Below are positions 24,444-31,659 of a stretch of 32,000 nucleotides of DNA, one piece after another (position 1 is the stretch's first letter; every line of letters starts with the position of its first letter). The notes beneath the pieces were generated by a model. That model was not told where the DNA came from and searched no databases. It was given only the letters and a program-made list of their open reading frames with translations. The position numbers were made by a program, and so were the translations under genes. The DNA is from Candidatus Babelota bacterium. GTDB lineage: Bacteria; Babelota; Babeliae; Babelales; Vermiphilaceae. The stretch covers positions 930,001-962,000 of the forward strand of contig JBDHVY010000001.1 of NCBI GenBank assembly GCA_039809905.1. Reading direction: 5' to 3'.

Positions 24444-25358
24444 ATGAAAAAGATACTTTTTTCAGCAATTGCGTTTGTTGCGATAAGTGCGTCTTCTGGT
24501 GCGTTAGCAGATGCGGCAAAATGTTCGCCATGTCAAGCTAAAAAATCAGCAGCAGATGCTCTGCAACAATCAATCAAAGAAGCGGCAGCAGCTGTGCTTG
24601 CTGCAGGTGGAGCATTTTCACGTGAACAAGAGCTAGATAGTGGCAATGATGCTGCCAAAGGTTGTGGATGTGGAGGTTCAAAAACAAGACGTGATGAGCT
24701 TGATCAAATTATTAGTGATAAACAACTTACTGTTGCTGCATGTTGTGATTTTTGTGCAGAACCAGGTAGCCTTGGTTGTCAAGGCGTAAATAGCTCTCGT
24801 TGCAATACATGTCAGCAAGGGTTAATTAAAATGTCTATTGCAGAAGCTGCTGCAGATGCGCTTGCTGCTATAGAAGCATTAGCACAAGAAGCTGAATTAG
24901 ATATTGTTCCTGCAGATCTATCACGTGCACCACGTGAAGAACTTGGCGATCCATGTGATCCTTGCGCTACTACGACTACAGTATGTGATGTGAATCTTTG
25001 TGATATTAATCAGCAACTTAACGCATTGCGTTGCTGCTGTGCATCAGTTGCTCAACGATTGACATGCCAAGCTAAAGATGCAAAAAGATGTTGCAGAAAA
25101 TTAAAACACGAAATACATGAGGTTGAAGAACTGGTTGAATCAGTACTTGATCAATCAGCAGATTGTTGTTCGCTTATAGATTCTGTTCTTGGCGATCCAC
25201 TTACATCGTCTGCAATAGATATTCCTGCGTGTGTTTTTGCGCCAGACATTGTTAGTGTTGTTGATAGCACTGATGCTGATATATTAACATGGCTTAAGAG
25301 TCTTTATGTGCTTTTATTCCAAGTGTATCAGTGTGCTTGTAATCCATGTGCGGGATAA
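24444..25358 (+). CDS. Cysteine-rich secreted envelope protein candidate
   Basis: 304 aa with AAGGAA upstream and signal peptide MKKILFSAIAFVAISASSGALA/DA. I count about 26 Cys, in CxxC, CC and CCC clusters, between Ala-rich helices. It starts 32 nt after the barrel gene. Confidence 0.85.
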   Translation: MKKILFSAIAFVAISASSGALADAAKCSPCQAKKSAADALQQSIKEAAAAVLAAGGAFSREQELDSGNDAAKGCGCGGSKTRRDELDQIISDKQLTVAACCDFCAEPGSLGCQGVNSSRCNTCQQGLIKMSIAEAAADALAAIEALAQEAELDIVPADLSRAPREELGDPCDPCATTTTVCDVNLCDINQQLNALRCCCASVAQRLTCQAKDAKRCCRKLKHEIHEVEELVESVLDQSADCCSLIDSVLGDPLTSSAIDIPACVFAPDIVSVVDSTDADILTWLKSLYVLLFQVYQCACNPCAG

Positions 25359-25392
25359 TGAGATAAGAAATATTCTTATTTTTTAGATAAAA

Positions 25393-25430
25393 GGGTTGGA
25401 CGCGACAAAAACTGCGTCCGGCTCTTTTTT
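25393..25430 (+). terminator. Rho-independent terminator closing the three-gene module
   Basis: Stem GGACGC (25398-25403) / GCGTCC (25414-25419), extendable with G-U pairs to 25393/25424, with a 10-nt loop and then TTTTTT (25425-25430). An A/T hairpin ATAAGAA-ATA-TTCTTAT plus a T-run lies just upstream. Confidence 0.75.
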
Positions 25431-25453
25431 AATGTCAATATAAGACTAAAATA

Positions 25454-25483
25454 TTCGTTAAATAGAGCATAAAGTGGTATAAT
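25454..25483 (+). promoter_or_regulatory. Candidate extended -10 promoter for the DMT transporter gene
   Basis: TGgTATAAT (TG at 25475-25476, TATAAT at 25478-25483) with a weak -35 (TTCGTT, 25454-25459). It lies 35 nt upstream of ATG 25518. Confidence 0.4.
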
Positions 25484-25517
25484 CAATCTAAATGGACTTA
25501 TAAATTAAGGTTTAGAT

Positions 25518-26471
25518 ATGATTCTTGTTGTTCTTTTATATGCGCTTTTTGCTAGTACATTTACTCTTGGAAAGGCAGCATTATCTTATGTGTCGCCATT
25601 TTTGTTTATTAGTATCCGGATGGTTTTGGGCGGTAGTATACTGCTTTTCTATTACCGATTAATCAAAAAACAATCCATAACAATTCAATCACGAGATTAT
25701 TCTCTGTTTTTTCGCATTATTTTATTTCACATTTTTGGTGCATACACTCTCGAGTTTTGGGCTTTAGAATATATAACATCTGCAAAAGCATGTTTGTTGT
25801 ATAATTTGTCACCATTCATTACGGCATTGCTCTGTTATTTTCTGCGTAATGAACGTTTAACATTCAGACAACTGTGTGGGCTTATTATTGGTTTTCTTGG
25901 ATTTATACCCATTTTGATTGCTCAAACGCCATTAGAAACAATTGGTTGGCATGTTGGATTTTTATCGTGTTATGAAATAGCGCTTATTTTTTCAGTGATA
26001 TCAAGTGCATATGGTTGGATGACCGTAAAAAAACTTATCGATAAAAAATATTCCTTACTGCTTATTAACGGAATAGGTATGACTGGTGGTGGGTTGCTTG
26101 CATTTTTACTTTCATTATTTACAGAAGGGTATCCTTTGATCAAGCAAGCGCCAACAACAATGCCAGAAATGGTAGCTATTTTTGGGCAAACAGGAGAAAG
26201 CTTGATAATGCTGGGTATTTACAGCATTTCGCTTGTGCTTATTGCCAATATTATTGGTTACAATTTATATGGATATTTGTTGTCTCGTTATTCAGCAACA
26301 TTTTTGTCTTTTGCGGGATTTATGACGCCATTATTTGCAGCATTTCTTGGATGGATTTTCTTGGATGAAAAAGTTACCTGGCATTTTTTTGCTACAATGA
26401 TTTTAGTTGTTTTTGGTCTTTATCTTTTTCATGAAAAAAAACCAATCGTTTTTGAAGAAAAAGGCTTATAA
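25518..26471 (+). CDS. Drug/metabolite transporter (DMT, EamA-type) family permease
   Basis: 317 aa with about 10 hydrophobic helices arranged as two similar halves. The sequence is typical of EamA-domain carriers (...LGKAALSYVSPFLFISIRMVLGG..., ...YSATFLSFAGFMTPLFAAFLGWIFLDEKVT...). The substrate cannot be inferred. Confidence 0.75.
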   Translation: MILVVLLYALFASTFTLGKAALSYVSPFLFISIRMVLGGSILLFYYRLIKKQSITIQSRDYSLFFRIILFHIFGAYTLEFWALEYITSAKACLLYNLSPFITALLCYFLRNERLTFRQLCGLIIGFLGFIPILIAQTPLETIGWHVGFLSCYEIALIFSVISSAYGWMTVKKLIDKKYSLLLINGIGMTGGGLLAFLLSLFTEGYPLIKQAPTTMPEMVAIFGQTGESLIMLGIYSISLVLIANIIGYNLYGYLLSRYSATFLSFAGFMTPLFAAFLGWIFLDEKVTWHFFATMILVVFGLYLFHEKKPIVFEEKGL

Positions 26472-26503
26472 TCCGAAAGTTTAATATCATTTTGGGTAAT
26501 TTT

Positions 26504-26532
26504 TTGACTAAAATATGTTTTGTATGTATCTT
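26504..26532 (+). promoter_or_regulatory. Candidate promoter for the ankyrin-repeat gene
   Basis: TTGACT (26504-26509), a 17-nt spacer, then TATCTT (26527-26532). The -35 context TTTTGACTAAAAT recurs at 27822-27834 upstream of metG. Confidence 0.35.
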
Positions 26533-26578
26533 TCTGATTATTTTTCTATTATACACAATTCTATAAAAGGTATCCGAG

Positions 26579-27766
26579 ATGAAAAAATCTATTTTTTTGT
26601 TCTTAATGATTATTTTTATTGATGCTGGAGCTTCTGAGGATAGATTAACTCTTTGGAATAGAGTCGGTTGCTATGAGGATTTGCATAGTCGTCGTGTTCA
26701 GCCTAATCGACCAATGATGATTTTATTCAAGAGCATGGCAATTTCTGCAGATTTTTCGCGGGTACAAGTTAACTTTAAAGAATTATATTCAAAGATAGAC
26801 TATTCAGTTTGGTATGATGTAAATACTATAAAGAATTTGGATTTCAGTAGCGCAATAGATTTTGTTGCAAAAGAAATAAAAACACGCTCAAGTACTGATT
26901 CTGTGTTTAATGAAAAATTGAAGAATGAATATTTTTGTCTTGGATTACTGAATAATATTCAAAAGAATATACCAGATTCTGCTAGTAGACGTATTGGTAA
27001 TAAGTTAAATTTTTTAAGTCAGATGAAAAAGGTAACGGAAAATCATATTAATGCGATGCTTCATTTGGAAAGATCTAATGATGTGGAAAATCGATTGAAA
27101 TTGTTTTCTATTAAAAAAGATACATCATCAGACCTCTATATAGTAAAATGTCAAGATGAGTCTTATGAAATAGACCTTGGTTGGACATATTGCTGGAGAC
27201 CACAGGGAGAATTGGTTAATCTTCTAGAGATAATGATTACAGCGCGTGCTATGCCGGTAATAGATGAGTTATTGGCAACAGGTAGGTTCGATCTCAATGC
27301 ATTGGCTAGCACCAAAAAAACCCTCTTGATGGAGGCAGATACTTCGGTTGTGTTCCATTTATTAACGCGATATAAAGCTAAGATTGATATTAACAAAAAA
27401 GATTTTTTTGGAAATACAGCATTGACTGACGCGATAGAAGTATTTGGTGAGAAGATTAGGCTTAGTGAACAGTATGAGCAGTTAAAGTCGTTATTAGCTC
27501 TATATGAAGCTAAGATTGATATTAATAAAAAAGATTTTTTTGAAGATGCAGCATTGATTTGGAATACAAAAAATTTAAAACGTTATATTAAGCAGTATGA
27601 GGAAAAATTATCTCATTTAAAGTCCTCACATACAAAAATAGTTATTTTATTAGTTAGAGGTGCAGATCCTGAAATTAGAAATGGTCAAGGTTTAAATGCG
27701 TTCGATATAGCTGGAGCACTTGGAGATCAAACAATCATTTCTTGTCTTGAGAAAAGTCGGAAATAA
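26579..27766 (+). CDS. Secreted ankyrin-repeat protein
   Basis: Signal peptide MKKSIFLFLMIIFIDAGA/SE. The C-terminal half has ANK-like units (KDFFGNTALTDAIE..., KDFFEDAALIW...) and a canonical one, LLVRGADPEIRNGQGLNAFDIAGALGDQTIISCL. Confidence 0.8.
   Translation: MKKSIFLFLMIIFIDAGASEDRLTLWNRVGCYEDLHSRRVQPNRPMMILFKSMAISADFSRVQVNFKELYSKIDYSVWYDVNTIKNLDFSSAIDFVAKEIKTRSSTDSVFNEKLKNEYFCLGLLNNIQKNIPDSASRRIGNKLNFLSQMKKVTENHINAMLHLERSNDVENRLKLFSIKKDTSSDLYIVKCQDESYEIDLGWTYCWRPQGELVNLLEIMITARAMPVIDELLATGRFDLNALASTKKTLLMEADTSVVFHLLTRYKAKIDINKKDFFGNTALTDAIEVFGEKIRLSEQYEQLKSLLALYEAKIDINKKDFFEDAALIWNTKNLKRYIKQYEEKLSHLKSSHTKIVILLVRGADPEIRNGQGLNAFDIAGALGDQTIISCLEKSRK
27371..27559 (+). repeat. Intragenic direct repeat (two 57-nt copies, 132-nt period)
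   Basis: Copy 1 (27371-27427) and copy 2 (27503-27559) are 51/57 identical by my alignment. They encode YKAKIDINKKDFFGNTALT and YEAKIDINKKDFFEDAALI. Confidence 0.85.
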
Positions 27767-27790
27767 TTATAAAAAGTCATAATAATGTAT

Positions 27791-27827
27791 TAAACGAGTT
27801 TTGTTTTAAGGCTCGTTTAATTTTGAC
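27791..27827 (+). terminator. Rho-independent terminator of the ankyrin gene
   Basis: Perfect 10-bp stem ATTAAACGAG (27791-27800) / CTCGTTTAAT (27814-27823) with a 13-nt loop, followed by a T-run. Confidence 0.6.
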
Positions 27828-27853
27828 TAAAATGGTTGCAAATTGTATTCTTT
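27825..27853 (+). promoter_or_regulatory. Candidate promoter for metG
   Basis: TTGACT (27825-27830), a 17-nt spacer, then TATTCT (27848-27853). It lies 44 nt upstream of ATG 27897, which has AGGA upstream. Confidence 0.35.
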
Positions 27854-27896
27854 TATTAACCATTTTTTACCTTTTTACTGAGACATGTAGGATATT

Positions 27897-29840
27897 ATGA
27901 AAAAGCATTTCTATGTAACAACACCAATTTATTATGTTACTGCCAAGCCGCATCTTGGTTCTTTATATTCTACGTTGTTAGCCGATGTTATTGCACGATG
28001 GAATAAGTTACAAGGAAAAGATGTTTTCTTTTTAACTGGTACTGATGAACATGGTCAAAAAATAGCCCAAGCGGCAGAAAAAGCACAAAAATCACCAAAA
28101 GATTTTATTGATAGCTTTGTTCCTGATTTTAAAAAAGCATGGCAATTGTATGATATCAATTACAATTTATTTATGCGTACCACCGATGCATATCATATCA
28201 AAGGTGCACAACATTTTGTCAGCGTTTTGATGGATAAAGGATATATTTATAAATCTTTGTATAAAGGGTGGTATTGTACTTCTTGCGAAACTTTTGCAGC
28301 TGAAATTACTGATGAAAATGATACAATAAAAGGACCACAATGTCCTTCCTGTGGTAGAGATACTCATATTATTTCAGAAGAAAGTTATTTCTTTAAACTT
28401 TCTGCTTTTACGGATAAATTGCTTGCATTTTATAAAGATAATCCCGATTTTATTGTACCAAAAGAACGCATGCATGAAGTTACCAGTTTTGTTGAATCTG
28501 GATTGAAAGATTTAAGTATTTCTCGAACAACAGTTGTATGGGGCGTGCCTTTTCCAAACGATCCATTACATACGGTGTATGTGTGGGTTGAGGCATTATC
28601 AAATTACATAACTGGTGTTGGATATGGTCAACCAGATAGACAACATGAATTTGCACAATGGTGGCCTGCAGATGTGCAAGTTTTGGGTAAAGATATTGTA
28701 CGGTTTCATGCTGTGTATTGGCCAGCGCTTTTGATGGCAGCTGATTTGCCGCTTCCGAAAAGATTATTAGTGCATGGTTGGATTAAAGTTGATAAACAAA
28801 AGATGTCAAAATCATTGGGCAATGTTATTGATCCTGTTGAATTACAAAAAAAATATGGAACAGATCCGATTAGATATTATTTAATGCGACAAATTCCAAT
28901 CAATCAAGATGGCGATTTTAGCATTACTGATGTTGAAAATCGCATTGAATCTGATTTGGCTAATGATTTAGGTAATTTGCTGAATCGTATGGTTGCATTA
29001 GCTGAAAAATATAATGTAATGGAAATCATGCCACGAAAAGAATGGTCAACACAAGCAGATGCTCTGAATGCGCAAGCTCTTATGTGTGTTGAAGAATATA
29101 GCAAACAAATGAATAATAATATGTTCCATTTAGCGCTTTCCAGCATGTGGAAATTTATTCATGCAGTTAATGCATCTTTCCACGAACAAGAGCCATGGAA
29201 AATTGCCAAAACTGATCAACAATTGTTTGTGAATATACTTTCTGATACCTGTCACAGTTTATATATGACTGCCATATTGTTGTGGCCGATAATGCCACAT
29301 AAAATGGAAGAACTTTTGACGAGCCTTGGAATACAATTCAAACGTGAAGAACATGTGTTTAGCGATGTACATAATTTAAATACATGGAACAAAACATTTA
29401 GATTAAAGAAAAATCCAACATTATTTGAAAAACCAGTAAGAGAAGTGATAGAGGAAACACCAATGAAAATAGAAGAAACTGAAAAAGCGAATGTTGAGCA
29501 GCAACAACAAAATTATATCACTATCGATGATGTAGCAAAAGTTGAATTGCATACAGGAACAATTGAGGCATGTGTTGCCGTTGAAAGCTCAGATAAATTA
29601 GTTCAGATGACAGTTGATCTTGGCGATATGGGAAAACGAACTATTTTGGCTGGAATTAGAAAATCATACCAACCTGAAGAATTAGTTGGTAAACGCGGAT
29701 TATTTATCACTAATTTAAAACCGCGCAAAATGGCTGGAACTGAATCACAAGGAATGATGCTTGTTGCAGAAGATGAAACAGGTAAAGTGCAATTGGTGCA
29801 ATTTCCTGATGTCGTTAAAAATGGTGTGCGGTTGCGATAA
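27897..29840 (+). CDS. metG: Methionyl-tRNA synthetase with C-terminal tRNA-binding (Trbp111/EMAP-like) domain
   Basis: HIGH-region PHLGSLYS, zinc knuckles CTSCETF and CPSCGRD, and KMSKS (DKQKMSKSLGN). The C-terminal segment VELHTGTIEACVAVESSDKLVQMTVDLGD...TNLKPRKMAGTESQGMML is typical of the appended tRNA-binding domain. Confidence 0.95.
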   Translation: MKKHFYVTTPIYYVTAKPHLGSLYSTLLADVIARWNKLQGKDVFFLTGTDEHGQKIAQAAEKAQKSPKDFIDSFVPDFKKAWQLYDINYNLFMRTTDAYHIKGAQHFVSVLMDKGYIYKSLYKGWYCTSCETFAAEITDENDTIKGPQCPSCGRDTHIISEESYFFKLSAFTDKLLAFYKDNPDFIVPKERMHEVTSFVESGLKDLSISRTTVVWGVPFPNDPLHTVYVWVEALSNYITGVGYGQPDRQHEFAQWWPADVQVLGKDIVRFHAVYWPALLMAADLPLPKRLLVHGWIKVDKQKMSKSLGNVIDPVELQKKYGTDPIRYYLMRQIPINQDGDFSITDVENRIESDLANDLGNLLNRMVALAEKYNVMEIMPRKEWSTQADALNAQALMCVEEYSKQMNNNMFHLALSSMWKFIHAVNASFHEQEPWKIAKTDQQLFVNILSDTCHSLYMTAILLWPIMPHKMEELLTSLGIQFKREEHVFSDVHNLNTWNKTFRLKKNPTLFEKPVREVIEETPMKIEETEKANVEQQQQNYITIDDVAKVELHTGTIEACVAVESSDKLVQMTVDLGDMGKRTILAGIRKSYQPEELVGKRGLFITNLKPRKMAGTESQGMMLVAEDETGKVQLVQFPDVVKNGVRLR

Positions 29841-29864
29841 AATCTCTAAATGAGATACAAAAAA

Positions 29865-29898
29865 AGAGCGATAGTGTTTTTTGCTATCGCTCTTTTTT
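29865..29898. terminator. Bidirectional rho-independent terminator between convergent genes
   Basis: Perfect 10-bp stem AGAGCGATAG (29865-29874) / CTATCGCTCT (29884-29893), flanked by an A-run upstream and TTTTT (29894-29898) downstream. Confidence 0.85.
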
Positions 29899-29915
29899 CA
29901 CTTATTTAAATATTT

Positions 29916-30995
29916 TTATGCTCTTCTGCAATAAATATCACCGATAGGTGCTTGTTGAATGTAGTTGTCCATTGTTCTCACGCCATTCAGAAGACCCATG
30001 CCGCCACCTAGCGTAATGCCACAACATATAGCAGCAGGATTTACTGATAAATTATTAACGTTAAGTATGGCACCTGGTGCAAATTCTTTTGCCAAGTCTA
30101 TTCCGAGATCTATACCTGCAGCGATAAAATCATCCTTTAATGTTCTACCTGCTTGGTTGGCAACATCGGTAAAAAATGTATTTTCAGGAAAAAGTTCGGG
30201 ATGACAATGCATACCAACTTGATTATAATCTGTAGCGTTTATTTGAGTGTTAGCATATTCCAAACCACTATCAATAGCTTTTGTGCCACTTTGAGTAATT
30301 ACTTCGAAACTTTTTTTAGCTGCTTGCGCCGCAATGCTTGCTTTATTTTCCCAAAGCTTATTTTTAGTTGCCTCTAGTGCATTTTCTGAACTATCTTTAC
30401 CTAAAGATATAATAGCAGCACTTGTTCCGCCAACAATAGCGCCTTTAAGAGTATGTGCTGCTAAATGTTCTATTTGTTGTTCAGGAGATTTTTCAAGTTT
30501 TACCGTAACATGAGACAATGAAAGTCTAACTGCCAGAGGCATATCAGAACCAATTTGTCGCCATGTTTGCGCTGAAACAGAAAGAGTATTTTTATCATGA
30601 CTTGCTATTAAACCATTGTATATTTTCTCTGCGGCTTCTTTTTGTGCGTGAGGCATATTATAAAATATGCTTACGGGCAATGGAGCACCAGCTTCTTGAG
30701 ATTTCTGAGTCAATTCTTGTGCTTTTTTAAAGTCGGCAATTGCATAAACAGGATTCTGTGCAGTATTACTATAGGTAGCATTGAGCAATACGCCCTCGAT
30801 TTGTGTATTAGCAGTTTTGATAGATTGTGAAATCGGTGTAGCATACGCAAGTTTGGGATCCCTATTAAGGTTCCTATTGATCTTGCTTAATTCTTTTTGT
30901 GTAGTTTTGAGTTGTTGTTTATTAAACTGAGAACCATGTACTAAACATGAAATCATGATGCCGCTAATGGCGAAAAATAATCTTACTATTTTCAT
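29916..30995 (-). CDS. Secreted protein with C-terminal Gly-zipper/Cys segment (unknown function)
   Basis: 359 aa with signal peptide MKIVRLFFAISGIMISCLVHG/SQ. The body is Ala/Gln/Lys-rich. The C-terminus is NPAAICCGITLGGGMGLLNGV...IYCRRA. Confidence 0.75.
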   Translation of the reverse strand: MKIVRLFFAISGIMISCLVHGSQFNKQQLKTTQKELSKINRNLNRDPKLAYATPISQSIKTANTQIEGVLLNATYSNTAQNPVYAIADFKKAQELTQKSQEAGAPLPVSIFYNMPHAQKEAAEKIYNGLIASHDKNTLSVSAQTWRQIGSDMPLAVRLSLSHVTVKLEKSPEQQIEHLAAHTLKGAIVGGTSAAIISLGKDSSENALEATKNKLWENKASIAAQAAKKSFEVITQSGTKAIDSGLEYANTQINATDYNQVGMHCHPELFPENTFFTDVANQAGRTLKDDFIAAGIDLGIDLAKEFAPGAILNVNNLSVNPAAICCGITLGGGMGLLNGVRTMDNYIQQAPIGDIYCRRA

Positions 30996-31018
30996 AATAA
31001 TGCTCCAAAGTAATATTT

Positions 31019-31444
31019 TTATTCTGTTATTGTTCTATCTTTTATTGAAGGTACTTTGATAACTTGTTCTAGGTACAATGCCTCAAAATTGGTTTTGTTT
31101 CCGGGAGCTGGATAAGTCGTTGTTCCAGGTACAGGACTATTATATATACGATGTTTATGGTCAAGAAATGCTTCTACTGCGCCATATGCTAGACCACCGC
31201 CAAGACCCATTACGCCTGATACATAAAATAAAGAAGTATCTTCCTTAGAAAAATCTCTGCCAGAGCAGTGAATTTTTAAACCGGCTAAGATCAATCCGGC
31301 GCAACCGCCTAAACAGCCTTTTTTTACTATTTTTCCTGCGATCTCTGTACCAGATGGCTGTTGAAGAGAGTGATTTTCACAGCCAATTGCTTGAAATACG
31401 CTGAATATGCTTAAAACTACTGCAAGAATATTTTTATTAGACAT
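31019..31444 (-). CDS. Glycine-zipper lipoprotein candidate
   Basis: 141 aa. The N-terminus MSNKNILAVVLSIFSVFQAIGC has a lipobox-like AIGC. Two Gly-zipper segments are GCLGGCAGLILAGL and GVMGLGGGLAYGAV, resembling glycine-zipper small surface antigens such as the rickettsial 17-kDa antigen class. It lies 23 nt upstream of the 359-aa gene on the same strand. Confidence 0.65.
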   Translation of the reverse strand: MSNKNILAVVLSIFSVFQAIGCENHSLQQPSGTEIAGKIVKKGCLGGCAGLILAGLKIHCSGRDFSKEDTSLFYVSGVMGLGGGLAYGAVEAFLDHKHRIYNSPVPGTTTYPAPGNKTNFEALYLEQVIKVPSIKDRTITE

Positions 31445-31659
31445 ATAGCATCCTTGTTTTTTATAGGTAAATCGAGTCTAGTAGCTTATATAATATAGTT
31501 TATATAAAAAAATATTTATGTCAATGTGAATTATTTTTAATAAGAATAGGCTGAGAGTGCTATAAAGCCGTGCCTATTAGATGATTGCTTTTTGTATGAT
31601 TCCAATTATATAGTTTGCTTATATGTTGTGCTTTTAAATGGAAGTCAAAGGATACAAGA

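Noticed and set aside
21752-30830. Further nested track ORFs: 21752-22039, 27163-27396, 28167-28367, 28904-29146, 29965-30204, 30153-30377, 30642-30830
   Set aside because: Same reasoning. They overlap well-supported CDS (the giant gene, the ankyrin gene, metG, the 359-aa gene) on the opposite strand or in another frame.
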